This document shows, in pieces, positions 12,183 through 24,300 of a stretch of 64,000 nucleotides of DNA. The position numbers and the translations under genes were made by a program. The notes under the pieces were generated by a model, which ran no database searches, was not told where the DNA came from, and was given only the letters and a program-made list of their open reading frames with translations. Origin of the DNA: Anthoceros angustus (Eukaryota > Plantae > Anthocerotophyta); NCBI GenBank assembly GCA_010909165.1, contig VJWM01000118.1:434001-498000 (forward strand), in the 5' to 3' direction. The number at the start of each line of letters is the position of its first letter. Positions within the stretch are counted from its first letter, which is position 1.

Positions 12183-15100
12183 ATGGGTGGTTGTGCCTCC
12201 GACAGGCCTGCATTTTACGAAAGGGGCGTGACTGCTGAAACAGTGAGGAAGCTATGTGATGGGGGCCACCTCACTGAAGCTGTTGAAGCTTTGGAAGTTT
12301 TGGTGCAGAGGGACCGTTGTATTTCCAAATATTTGTTTTATACTGTCCTGAAGAAATGTGTAGTCAGGAAGGATCTGGTTCTGGGCAGGCGGGTCCATGC
12401 TTTCACGGTGAAAATGGGGTACCAGTCGGACACGTTCTTGTGCAACCATATCCTGCGGATGTATGCTTGTAGTGGCAGTTTGCAAGACGCGATGGAGGTC
12501 TTTGAGGCCGTTGTAGAACCAGATGCCTTTATGTGGTCTTCCATGATATCTGCGCATGTTAAACATGGACAAGACAAGCAGGCTGTGAAACTGTATCATC
12601 GGATGCGCAGGTCCAGTGTGAAGCCAGATGGGCATGTATTTGTGGCTGCGCTTCAGGCTTGTGCGAGGGGATCGGACTTGAAATCTGGCCAACAGGTGCA
12701 TGCTGATGTGTTGGCTAGCGGGGTTGAGCCTTGTTTGTTCGTCTGTAATGGGCTGGTGAACATGTATGCCAAGTGTGGCAGCTTGGCAGATGCTCAGAGA
12801 GTGTTTGATGGACTTGGTGAGAAGGATGCTGTGACATGGACGGCTATGATAGCTGGGTACTCCAAGCAGGGGATGGGGCAGGAAGCCCTTCGTCTCTATA
12901 CTGTCGCGCAGGAGGAGGGCTTAGCGGTACCTGATTCTGTGACGTTCGTGTGCCTCCTGCAGGCATGTGCAAGTGTGGGGAGTGTGGCGTTGGAGCAGGG
13001 GAGGCAGCTTCATGTGCAAATTGAACGTCAAGGGTATCAAGGTGATGTGTTTGTAGCCAACAGTTTGGTTAACATGTATGCAAAATGTGGCAGCTTGGAG
13101 GATGCTCAACGGGTGTTTGCTGGACTTGGTGAAAAAAATGTTGTGATGTGGACTGCGATGATAGCAGGCTATTCCCAGCAGGGCATGGGACAGGAAGCCC
13201 TTCGTCTGTATGGTTGTATGCAAGAGGAAGGCGTGTCTGTACCCAATTCCGTGACTTTCGTGTGCCTTCTGCAGGCATGTGCAAGTGTGGGCACCCTGGC
13301 GTTGGAGACGGGGAAGCAGCTTCATGCGGAGATCAGAGAGCGAGGACATGAAGGTGATGTTTTTGTAGCGAACAGTTTGGTGAACATGTATGCAAAGTGT
13401 GGTAGCTTGCAGGACGCTGAGAGTGTATTTGAAGGTCTTGCTCAGAGAGATGTGGTGACTTGGAATGCCATGATAGCAGGATATTCCCAGCAGGGTATGG
13501 GGCAGGAGGCCCTCCGTCTCTTTAGTGTTATGCAAGAAGAGGGCACCGCTTTACCAGATTCTGTGACATTTGTGTCTCTTCTACAAGCATGTGCAAGTGT
13601 GGGCGCCCCAGCGTTGGATATGGGAAAGCATCTTCATGTGCAAATCAGAGAGCAAGGGCATCAAGCTGATGAGTTTGTAGCCTCCAGCTTGGTGAATATG
13701 TACGCAAAGTGTGGCAGCTTGGCGGATGCTCAAGGATTATTTGACGGACTTGGTAAAAAAGATGTGGTGACTTGGACTGCCATGATCACAGGGTATTCAC
13801 AGCAGGGTATGGGGCAGGAAGCCCTTCATCTTCACATTGCAATGCAGGAAGAAGGCATAGCCATACCTGATTCCGTGACATTTTTGTGCCTCCTGCAGGC
13901 ATGTGCAAGTGTGGGCACACCGGCATTGGAGAAGGGGAAGCAGCTTCATGCACAAATTAATCAACGAGGATGGCAGGCTGATGTGCTTCTAGCCAACAGT
14001 TTAGTGAACATGTATGCAAAGTGTGGCAGCTTGGAAGATGCGAAGAGAGTGTTTGACGGACTTGGTCAGAAAGATGTGGTTTCGTGGACTGCCATGATAG
14101 CAGGCTATTCCAAGCTGGGCATGGGGCAGGAAGCCCTTCAACTGCACTGTGCTATGCAAGAAGAGGGCATGGCTGTCCCCGATTCCGTGACATTTGTGTG
14201 CCTCCTGCAGGCGTGTGTAAGTATGGGAACGTTGGCATTGGATAAAGGGAAGCACCTTCATGTGCAAATCAAGGAACGAGGACATCTGGCGGATGTGCTG
14301 GTAGCCAATAGTTTGGTGAACATGTATGCGAAGTGTGGTAGCTTGGAAGTCGCACAGAGAATATTTGACGGACTTGGTCAAAAAGATGTGGTCTCATGGA
14401 CTGTCATGATAGCTGGCTACACACACCAGAATATGGGGCAGGAAGCCCTTCGTCTCTACAGTGCTATGCAGGAAGAAGGGATAGCTGTCCCGGATTCAGT
14501 GACATTTGTGTGCCTTCTACAGGCATGTGCAGACGTGGCAGCTTTGTATGTAGGGCGGCAGCTGCACTCACAGATTGTGGAACAAGGGCTTCAAGCTGAT
14601 GTGTTTGTCGCCAGCAGTCTGATTAACATGTATGGGAAGTCTGGGAGCATGGTTGACGCACAGCAGGTGTTTGATTCCTGGCCCCAAAGAAACATCGTCA
14701 TCTGGAATGCACTGATTGCAGGCTACACCTCTCAAGGAGACAGTGAAGTGGTATTTGACTTGGTCCAGAGAATGAAAAAGTATGGCCTACGGCCAGATGA
14801 CATCACATTCCTCAGTGTGCTAACAGTGTGCAGCCATGCAGGTCTGGTGGACAAGGGGCGAGAGTATTTTGAGGCTATGAGCAGACACTACGGCATCCCT
14901 CCTGCGGAGAACCACTACGCCTGCATGTTGGATCTCCTGGGTCGTGCGGGACGATTGGATGAGGCATTACATCTAGTCAGGACAATGCCTGTATTGCCTA
15001 ATGCTGCAGTTTGGCGCACACTGTTGGGTGCCTGCCGAAAGTGGAGCAACGTGGAGGTGGGATGCCTTGCTTTCAATGAAGCAGTGAAGCTAGACAGTAA

Positions 15101-15284
15101 AGATGCCGCAGCATACGTGTTGATGTTCAGCATATACAATGGTGCCCAGATGTGGGAGCTTGCGCAAAAGATGCAGGCGAGGAGAACAAGAATCCGTGCT
15201 TGGAAGCAGCCAGGTCAGAGCTGGTGGACGGACAAGGACGGAGTGGTGCATAGTTTTTTGGTTGGAGATGAGAAGCCAAAATGA
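12183..15284 (+). CDS. PLS-class pentatricopeptide repeat protein, E/E+ type with PG-WW box (organellar RNA-editing factor family)
   Basis: Intronless ORF, open from 11988 (start uncertain); repeated S-P-L triplets (NMYAKCGSL...WTAMIAGY...TFVCLLQAC); E domain; C-terminus KQPGQSWWTD...VHSFLVGD, then stop. Confidence 0.95.
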   Translation: MGGCASDRPAFYERGVTAETVRKLCDGGHLTEAVEALEVLVQRDRCISKYLFYTVLKKCVVRKDLVLGRRVHAFTVKMGYQSDTFLCNHILRMYACSGSLQDAMEVFEAVVEPDAFMWSSMISAHVKHGQDKQAVKLYHRMRRSSVKPDGHVFVAALQACARGSDLKSGQQVHADVLASGVEPCLFVCNGLVNMYAKCGSLADAQRVFDGLGEKDAVTWTAMIAGYSKQGMGQEALRLYTVAQEEGLAVPDSVTFVCLLQACASVGSVALEQGRQLHVQIERQGYQGDVFVANSLVNMYAKCGSLEDAQRVFAGLGEKNVVMWTAMIAGYSQQGMGQEALRLYGCMQEEGVSVPNSVTFVCLLQACASVGTLALETGKQLHAEIRERGHEGDVFVANSLVNMYAKCGSLQDAESVFEGLAQRDVVTWNAMIAGYSQQGMGQEALRLFSVMQEEGTALPDSVTFVSLLQACASVGAPALDMGKHLHVQIREQGHQADEFVASSLVNMYAKCGSLADAQGLFDGLGKKDVVTWTAMITGYSQQGMGQEALHLHIAMQEEGIAIPDSVTFLCLLQACASVGTPALEKGKQLHAQINQRGWQADVLLANSLVNMYAKCGSLEDAKRVFDGLGQKDVVSWTAMIAGYSKLGMGQEALQLHCAMQEEGMAVPDSVTFVCLLQACVSMGTLALDKGKHLHVQIKERGHLADVLVANSLVNMYAKCGSLEVAQRIFDGLGQKDVVSWTVMIAGYTHQNMGQEALRLYSAMQEEGIAVPDSVTFVCLLQACADVAALYVGRQLHSQIVEQGLQADVFVASSLINMYGKSGSMVDAQQVFDSWPQRNIVIWNALIAGYTSQGDSEVVFDLVQRMKKYGLRPDDITFLSVLTVCSHAGLVDKGREYFEAMSRHYGIPPAENHYACMLDLLGRAGRLDEALHLVRTMPVLPNAAVWRTLLGACRKWSNVEVGCLAFNEAVKLDSKDAAAYVLMFSIYNGAQMWELAQKMQARRTRIRAWKQPGQSWWTDKDGVVHSFLVGDEKPK

Positions 15285-15720
15285 GAAAAACTCTCCCCCT
15301 TATATGGACTTTTCAAATTCAGCTACATATTCAGCTTCATCTGTCATTTCCTTCCACACTTGTACTCTGGTTGCCAGGATTTCCCATGGAAGCAGCCAGG
15401 TCAGAGCCGGTTGACATGCAAGGACGGGAGCGGCACATAGTCGTCCTTATTGATTAGAACTAGAGTTATATTGATGTAAGTCGTTAAGAAATATATCAGT
15501 TAGAGGTAGAGTTATCTTAACAACTCTATTATTTAGTATTATAATGTTAGGTGGACTATAAGTTGGATGTTATTTAGTGTTATTGTGGGCGGCCTATAAT
15601 TTTAATATTAGACTAAGATTACCCTCACCATACCTTTGAATCAATGGGGCATCGATTCAAAGGTATGGTGAGGGTAAGGTCGATATGTTCTTCTTGGTCC
15701 CTCTCGTACTTCACAGCATA

Positions 15721-15780
15721 TTTCCGACAACGGGTCTCAATTGCCCTTCATTTCCGACAACGGGTCTCAATTGCCCTTCA
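15721..15780. repeat. 30-bp direct repeat x2
   Basis: TTTCCGACAACGGGTCTCAATTGCCCTTCA twice, exact. Confidence 0.9.
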
Positions 15781-15864
15781 ACGGGCGCTCTCAACGGCGA
15801 TCCTCCACAAGGCGGCGACAGTAGGTGACGCATCTTCCTCTACCTCCGTGGTTTGAAGGCCTCT

Positions 15865-16068
15865 ACCTCCGTGGTTTGCAGGCCGTTTATTCTTCCTACA
15901 TATGACATTGTGGGTGCAGTAGGTGACTTTAGACCTCCGTGGTTTGCAGGCCGTTTATTCTTCCTACATATGACATTGTGGGTGCAGTAGGTGACTTTAA
16001 ACCTCCGTGGTTTGCAGGCCGTTTATTCTTCCTACATATGACATTGTGGGTGCAGTAGTTGACTTTAG
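15865..16068. repeat. 68-bp tandem repeat x3, with a partial copy at 15842
   Basis: ACCTCCGTGGTTTGCAGGCC... units at 15865, 15933, 16001. Confidence 0.95.
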
Positions 16069-16715
16069 GTAGAGAGCTCAGTTGCTCCTCTTCACCTCGA
16101 CCCCCTGGTCCCCTTTGGTTGTCCCCCTCCTGGATGGGCTTTTCCCATCATTTTTTCACCTCAATAAAATCCCTGTTCTGAGGTGTTTTGAAGTGTAATA
16201 TTTTTTCGCACTAAGAGATCACAAGGCTTAATCTTGTGCTAAATTCTATGGGATTTGATGTTAGTTAAGAGGCTGATGTACTATATGAGATGATAAGGAG
16301 AGCCCAGCCATCAGAGGGCATAAAAGGGAGATTGGCAAGGGTCCCGGTAAAAAAAGCAACTAAACTTCATCTTTATAATTACGTATTGCGCCGACTGATG
16401 TGCTTCCATTGAATGTAAAGCCTTAATGAATGAATTAAATATATTATATATTTTAATAAGTTTTCACTACAATTAAATTTAAATATAATTTTTTTAAATC
16501 CCTTTTTTTAATATTGTGCTCGAGAATTGAGACAATGACAGCGAAAATGGAGACAACTAAAGGCTATATATGTGTGTGCTTGGTAATGTATTTTACAACA
16601 ACAACAAAGGTACAATAATATTGTACAAGATCTCTAACTATTATTTTTCTTTGTGAGTCTTTCTTTTGTTCCATTACGCTAAAGTGTGGTTGATATATTA
16701 TTTGTTAGGTTTGGA

Positions 16716-18000
16716 ATGATGGCAAATTTTAACCAAAACATCTTGGTTTCCTTCATCCTCCTTATATTGGGATGTAACTTCTTCGAATTTGGATATTCAC
16801 AGGTTTTGAACATTTGTCTCTTGCAAGATTTGTTAGCTAACTTGGGGCTATTTGATAGAATTAGTTGGTTTGATTTTTTGCATTAATATGTTTGTAGAAT
16901 CCATTGCCTCAAATTGTTCTCGTTCATGGAATGGGTCATGGAGCGTGGGCTTGGTTTGAGGTAGCAAACCTTCTTGAAAAACAAGGTTACATTGCGAAAT
17001 CCATCGATCTTACCTCACATGGCATAGATAAAGCAATAGCAGCAGATGTCACTACACTCGACGAGTATACAAAACCGTTAATTGATCACTTGAATACAAT
17101 TGATGGAACAACTAAGGTAAACTTGGTGATGTATTTATATTCATTATATTGATATTTGTCTTGTATATGTTCATTGATCAAAGTTTTTTTCTTTTTACGT
17201 GTCAGGTTATGCTTGTTGGACATAGTCTTGGTGGAGGTTCAATTTCTTATGCTGCTGAAAAGTTTCCCACAAAGGTACATAACATGATTTTCCTTGCTGG
17301 AATCATGCCAAAAGATGGACAGAGCTACTTTGACTCATTTCCGGCAACGGTAAGTGTATTTGTATGTTATTCTTTTTAATGTTATATCATTAAAAAAATT
17401 GATGTGCGTAATTCATGTAGTTAATTTACAAATACTTAATTGATCTAGTAGAAATTTGAAAAGTTTCATTGTCATGTGAAATCCTAACTGTTGTTGTCTC
17501 CTGAATGTGTTAGCTTTTTCCAAGACTTTCAGGAGCTGGGTACTTAATTGTCAACAATGATGCTAATGGAAGCCCTATATCTGTGTCAGTGAATGCCGAT
17601 AAAATTGGGGAATTCTTTTATAACAAATGTCTTCCAGAGGTACATCACCATCATGGGTCACACTTGTACCTAAATTATGCACAAATCTCATGTGATGTTT
17701 ACTAATCCATTGTTTTTTCTTGAAATTCAGTATATTATTCTAGGACAATCGCTTCTTGTCCCAACTCCCTACAATCCTGCAACCGAGAAGTTGACTTTAA
17801 CGGCAGCAAATTATGGAAGCATTCCGAGATATTATATTCGTACATCAGATGATTTGGGGATAAACTCAGGGGATCAAGATACCATTATTGCTGCAAATCC
17901 GCCAACTGAAACCAGTTTTTTAGATAATAGTGATCATGCAGCATATTTTTCGAATCCATCTGGTTTAGCATCTCTCATCATTGGATTTGCTGCTAAGTAG
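16716..18000 (+). CDS. Methylesterase-like alpha/beta hydrolase (MES/SABP2/HNL family) with N-terminal signal peptide; 5 exons
   Basis: Exons 16716-16802, 16898-17116, 17206-17349, 17514-17639, 17731-18000, all GT-AG phase 0; LVHGMGHGAWAW, GHSLGG nucleophile, TSDD Asp, SDHAAYFS His. Confidence 0.9.
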
Positions 18001-19165
18001 AGTGTGCTATAAACATGTGTAGTGTCTTATGATAGTCTAAAGTTTGATGTGTACAAGGAAATTTTCTATCAATATTAGACTACAAATGATTTTGGACATA
18101 GTTTAATGATAACGATCAAAAATATCTTTGATTCTAGCCAATGATTTTCATGTGTTTCTACGGAATATACGTCTATAAGAGGCATATTAGACGGGTTGTG
18201 ATTTACTTCCATATGTGTTGTCTTTTGTAGGAAATAAAATATTTCGATATAGAAACTTGACCATGTCAGTTTGTTATGCACCTTCGTTAAGCTTATTTTG
18301 TTCCGAAGTGATTCAATCCTGCAAATCTGTGAATGAACTCACGAGGCTATGGATTGGTTGATAAAAGGTCTAAACAACACTTTACTTTGGTCTGGGTTCA
18401 TATAGAGCTGGACGTTTCAACAAAGTTTGTCGCAAATCAAATCTCAAAACCGTGTTCGTTTGCTATTTTCACCTATACGTATGGTTTATTGTTTTTCACC
18501 TAAATAATAATAAATTCAAATTCAATCCTCTCTTCAGGAGTAACATAGCAGCAAGAAGTTCATTGGAACTCGTGATTACTCTGGCCCTTGGTGGCCTGCC
18601 TTTGTTTTGAAGCCCTTTGGGGCAGCTTGATATATGATCTATGTTATCTCTCCCACAAAAAAAGCCGCTATTGTGAGTTCTCAAGCCCTTCCCCTCCGAG
18701 CGGCCTGATATCGATGGGGTCCTCTACATTACATGGAATGTAAATACCGATCAATTTCACCAAAAAAACAAATTCTGATCCACGTGGACACGAGGTCCTG
18801 CCTGGTTTGCTATGCATAGGCAGCCAGATTGCCGAGTGCACTCAAGGGTACACTCCAGGCATCGAAGCGGATTGGTATTGCCCGTTTTCTGGCAAAGTCG
18901 CATCTGAAGGCCTGCCCTCTTCTGCAGTGTGAGGAGAGGATCCATCGGAGTTGCAGAGGTGCCGGGGATTAGGGCACAGGTTTGTTGCTCCCGAATCGGC
19001 ATGTGCGATTTTCATCTGTTTGCTGCCTATGCAGTCTTGAGCTGTTTGGCTAGCTTGTAAGGTAGATATCAGGATTGAAGCCTTTACAGCTTTTGCATTG
19101 GGTTGTGGAGAAGTTGCACAAATCAGGGTTTGGGGTCCGGGAAAAGGAACAGGAACAGGAACAGG

Positions 19166-19592
19166 ATGAAGCGTGCGTTGAAGGCATACAGGAGAGTGCT
19201 GCGGTTGGCGCGACTGCTGCCCCGCGAGTCCCGCGGGTACTACCAGACTTATGCCAGGGAGAATTTTGTCAACTACCGAGACGAGACGGATGCTCAGGTT
19301 GTGCGAGACCTGCTCCGCCGGACTTACGATCAAACCATCTGGGTGTTGAACAAGGTATCGGCAATCACCAGTTTCTTTCCGTTGAAGCTGTTTCGACTTC
19401 AAAAGTTTCGTCTGCTCTCGGTTTTGGGTGCGGATGGGTGCTTGTCGTTCTTTCATCCAGTAGTGAGCTGACTCAACTTGAAAAACTTCTGTCACGTTTC
19501 GGCTCTTGTGATCGAGGATGCGTTTCTGTTGCTTGCAGTATGTCGCGGGCAACGCAGCAGAGGATTTGAAGCAAATATGCTATCAAGAGTAG
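19166..19592 (+). CDS. LYR-motif (complex 1 LYR family) protein, LYRM9-like; 2 exons
   Basis: Exons 19166-19354 and 19539-19592; ALKAYRRVLRLARLLP...ARENF...WVLNKY pattern. Confidence 0.8.
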
Positions 19593-21375
19593 GAAGGGGC
19601 ATCACGTGATTTGATGCCCTTCTCACTTCAAATTAGGATGGCCGTGTCAATATGGAGCACCTTTTGCCTCGGTATTTCTCTCTGCACGTTCATCTTCCAC
19701 TAGCATACGTCGTCCAGCATCAGCATTCTTCGGTACGAGGGCTCTGCGTGACGTTGATGTCTGTTGTGACTACTGAACAATGTACGTTCCTCTCGTTGTG
19801 GTTTGTGCAGGACTGAAACGTTTTGGTTACCTTTGGCCAGAGTTCCCTGGTCTGTGAACATAGTGCCTGTGCTAAGCAATTTCCGGGTGGCAGTCCATCG
19901 TTACCAAGCTGTAGTTCCTGTCTCTCGGACTGCATACCTTTCAGCCCCACAAATCTGCCAAGAGAAAGCCTCGCTGCCTTCACCACGTCAGTCATTAAGC
20001 ACAGGACGTATCGGCAGTTTGGCAGACAGGAGCTAACAGAGCCACCGAACCACTTGATGCTCATTCCTGCTGCACCAGGTATCTTTGTCTCTGGTGTGTG
20101 ATATCTTCAAGTCCAGTTGAGAGTTTCGTGGCATTGAACCAGGGGTGTCCTGAACGTGACTGTTCCGTGAACAAGTGGGATGCCCGCCTTGGTTGCTCAC
20201 CCAGCTCCAACACTGCATGTGACAGTAGTATTGGGGTTGCCATGGTCGGCATACATGCTTGTCACGCTGTTTCTGACTCCTCTGCAACCCGTCTGCACGA
20301 ACAACTTTCCAGGAGAGAAACAGGAGTTTGGAGGGGGCACGGCACTGTGTGGTCGGCCCCGGACCAAAACAGGGAGGGATATGATTCCGATTCCCACACA
20401 TCTACATACTGTACATGCGTAATAGGCAGCCAAATATACAGCCTTGATCAGGAGTCTCATCTCTCGAGGAGCCTTCCATATCTCATTCCGATGAGAAGGA
20501 TACCAGTCTGGTTGTTGTATTGAACATGTATTAAACGGTGGTACGTCGCTCTTCACCCTCAGCAGCTGGGTGAAGCGTGATTCTCCAAAAATGTGAAAAG
20601 TATTGCACATGCCCCAAGGCCATTGTCCACAGACTTCACGGCAGTTGCAAACTTGCAGCCCGAAGTGGAAACAGGTGGCGACTGCGTCAGCAGATGAAGA
20701 ATTCTTCAATCCTTGGTGTGACCTTTCCTTTATATGTGGGTCCGGCCATGTTTATATTTGGGGACGCCGAGAACGGCCACGATGTTGCCGGCCGGCTTCT
20801 CGCCGAGTACCGCCTACATTCTTTTGTATCGGCCAATCTTGCTTGAACAGCCATCAGCCTGGCTCGATCCAGAGGAACGAGCAGCTGGGTGATCACAATG
20901 CCGACACTGTGAAACTGACTGCGCCAATCAACTGCACTTCCCCTGCTCCTGCTTTGCACTGTGCCTCAGCAGTTGGGTGTATCAAATCAGCAGCGGAAAA
21001 TTCGAAGATGTTTCTGAGCATTGGAGTGAGATTTGCGCAACGCCCTGGCGGTGCTGGAACCTTCTTTTGCGGGACGCCGGGAGCTGCTCAATCGCAGCAC
21101 TGGCCAGTGGCTGAAAATGTTGATCCGTGGAGTGAGTGGTGAGAAATTTTTGGGTTGTAGGGGATTCGGGGTGGGGAGTCCCTTATCTACCTTTCCGCAG
21201 CCATGGAGTCTCCTCTGCTGGGAATTTTGAGTTGGGCTGGGGAGAAGGGGTTGCACCTGTAATCCGTTCTCAAGCAAAGGGGAACTGTGGGATGACGCTT
21301 TCCTGTGCATTATCACTGGATTTGCCTGGACGGAGTTGGTAAAGGCGAAGGCGGAAGCTGCTGGGTTGCCTTGAA

Positions 21376-24300
21376 ATGGTGTCAAAGTCATTTGGGTGGT
21401 GCTTTCCCGGTCGGTGGAAGCGCCGCAAGGACGGCTCCACTCTTGAGAATTTGAGCTACCGGAGCTATTCCAGCAACTTGCTGCCTCCCTTGGGGAAAGC
21501 CAGTGCCCATGATGTTTCTCTCCGCAAGTGGACTGTTTCTCCTTACAACGTTCTCTACAGGTCTGGCTATGGCAGAGAAGTGGTCTTGTGACTGTCAGCC
21601 TCTGTAGGAATGTGCAGTCTGCAACTTTTGTTGTTGTGACTTCAGGTGGAGTGTTCTGACGGTTCACTCCTTAGGTGTGCAGGAGATGGCAGATGTTTCT
21701 TATCATATGGGTGATATATTCAGCCTGGGTGGCACCATTTGAGTTTGGATTCATACAGAATCCGAGAGGAGCTTTGCTGGCAGCCGATTACTTGGTTGAT
21801 GCCTTCTTTGGTATCGACATTGTGCTCACGTTCTTTGTGGCATACCTGGACAGGACCACATACTTGTTCGTAGATGACCACAAAAGGATAGCAGTACGGT
21901 GGGTACTCATGGGCTCTGGCTTTCTTGTGTTAGAATAGCTGCTCTTTCTCTGCAATTGCATGCCGTCCAGAGATCACATTCACACATCTTGCCCGTTGCG
22001 GCGCTGCAGGTACCTTCGAACCTGGTTTATTTTCGATGTGGCTTCCACTCTGCCTTTCGAGCTTATCACCTTCATCTTCACCGGGCAAGTAGGCCGAGGC
22101 ATTGTGTATACTCTGCTCAACTTGTTCAGGCTTTGGCGGTTGAGACGAGCCAGTGCTCTCTTTGCTAAGTATGCAACTTTTCTGGGTGCCTTACTTTCTT
22201 CGGAGACCAACCTCTGTCAGGATCATGAATTCAATGTCCAACCTTTTCTGTGTGCTGCAGAGTCGAGAAGGATGTCCGTGTCAGCTATTTCTGGACACGA
22301 TGCGTGAAGCTTGTCTGTGTCAGTAAGCATGCACATTGCCTTTTTAGCATATTGGTTGTGGGATGCCGTCGTGCTTTGAAGCTCTCAGTGACAAAGAGGA
22401 GTTTGTGTGTGTTGGGTTGCAGGTGACTCTGCTTGCTGTACACTGTGCAGGCTGTTTCTACTACTTGCTAGCCGCCCGCTACCCGCACCCTGAGGACACA
22501 TGGATTGGCTCATCCATGCACGACTTCAAGCAAAAGAGCCTGTGGGAGCGGTACATAGCGACCATGTACTGGTCCATAGTCACAGTCACCACGCTTAGCT
22601 ATGGCGATCTCCATCCTGTGAACACAGAGGAGATGGTGTTCGACATCTTCTACATGCTCTTCAATCTCGGACTCACAGCCTACCTGATCGGCAACATGAC
22701 CAACCTCATCGTACACATCACCGGTCGAACTCGAAGCTATGTGAGTAGACCAAAACATACCTCTTGTGGTGCTGAAGTCGTTCAGTGCTGTGAGCGCTGT
22801 CTATGTGCATGCACTGTAACATGATGTTCCACTTCTCCTCTTGCAGCGTGACTCTGTGCAAGCGGTGTTCGATTTCACCGCTCGAAACCAGCTCCCTGTC
22901 TGGCTGCAAGAGCAGATGCTTGCGCACATGCGTTTGAAGTTCAAAACCGAGAGTCTGCAGCAGCAAACCACCCTAGCTCTACTGCCCAAGGCAATTCGCT
23001 CCAGCATTGCCGAGATCCTGTTCATGCCTATTGTGACAGAGGCGTACTTGTTCAAGAATGTGTCGTATGATTTGCTTCACCTCCTGGTAACCAATCTCCC
23101 GCCCTTGCTTCTTTCCGTTGTCCCGAGGTTGTGTGCCAGGAGCAAATCATCTGAATGCCATCGTCTCTTCTTAGGTCGCCTCCATGAAAGCAGAGTACTT
23201 CCCGCCAAAGGAGAATGTTATCCTCAGAAACGAGGCTCCCACAGACCTCTACATTCTGGTGTCTGGAGCTTGTGTGAGTGTCCTCAGCAATTTCGTTATT
23301 GCTTTGTTTCATCTTCAATCGGTTTCTGGACTTCCTGACCGGCAGCCTCACATCTGTATGGTGCTTGTTTGGATGAATAGGATCTGATCGACATTGAGGC
23401 TGGGAGGGAAAAGGTGATACCATCAACGTTCTCAGCATGATTTTCCCGGCTCTGCCAGCAACTTTTGCTTTGTGACGGAAAGATTCTGTATGCTGACACT
23501 GTTGCTTGTACGTCTGTTCTGTTGTCCGTATGACACCAGGTGGTGCACACCGTTTTGGCGGGTGACGTTGTCGGTGCTATTGGAGTCATCTTTTACATCC
23601 CCCAGCCCTTAACAGTGCGTACAAAGAAGCTGTCCCAGCTTCTGCGCTTAAATCGAGGTGCGCTTGAGTCTCTCTTGCAAAATAATCCCAAGGACGGGCA
23701 GGTTATTCTGGATAACGTGCTTGAGGTTTGTTCTCTGCTGCACACTATCGTTGTTGTGTTCGTTGTTCATGCTGGATGAGTAGTACTTAGTGTCTGCTCT
23801 TCATAACTGGTTTTGTGACATTGGATGCAGCATCTTAAAGAGTCGCCACTTCCTATGTATAAGAAGATATTTACCAACATAAACACAATGCTAGAAGAGG
23901 GCAAGGTTGATATCAATCTAAGTCTCTGCACAGTGGTGGCTAGGGGGAATACAAGACTTGTTGAGCAGTTGCTCAGGAGAGGGTATGATCCCAATGTAGC
24001 AGACTACGGTGGACGTACTCCTCTGGTATGTCACTGGGAAGCTTACCCATTATCATTGAAAGCTTTGCGCCTGTTCTAATGGTGTCTTTCCTATGGTGTC
24101 ATGAAGCACGTTGCAGCAGAAAAAGGAGACGACGAATGTGTCCTGCTGCTTCTGGAGTTTGGCGCTGATGTCAATTGCCATGGTATGAATAAAAATGACT
24201 ATGTACCTTGTTTGAAGTGGAGATGCTTGTATTCCGTCCATGTCGGCCGAGGGCTTTTCTCAGACGATGTTTCTTGGCAGATGCTGAAGGAAATGTTCCT

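Noticed and set aside
12252-15139. Minus-strand ORFs over the PPR gene (and similar ones over the K+ channel)
   Set aside because: Antisense shadows of real coding sequence with no domain features
15842-16068. CRISPR-like periodic repeats (also 6669-7183 and 44858-45045)
   Set aside because: Whole units repeat with no unique spacers; eukaryotic context and no cas genes
19600-21375. Several ORFs (e.g. 20603-21142) upstream of the K+ channel as an extra gene
   Set aside because: No recognisable motifs; more likely UTR or leader introns of the neighbouring genes
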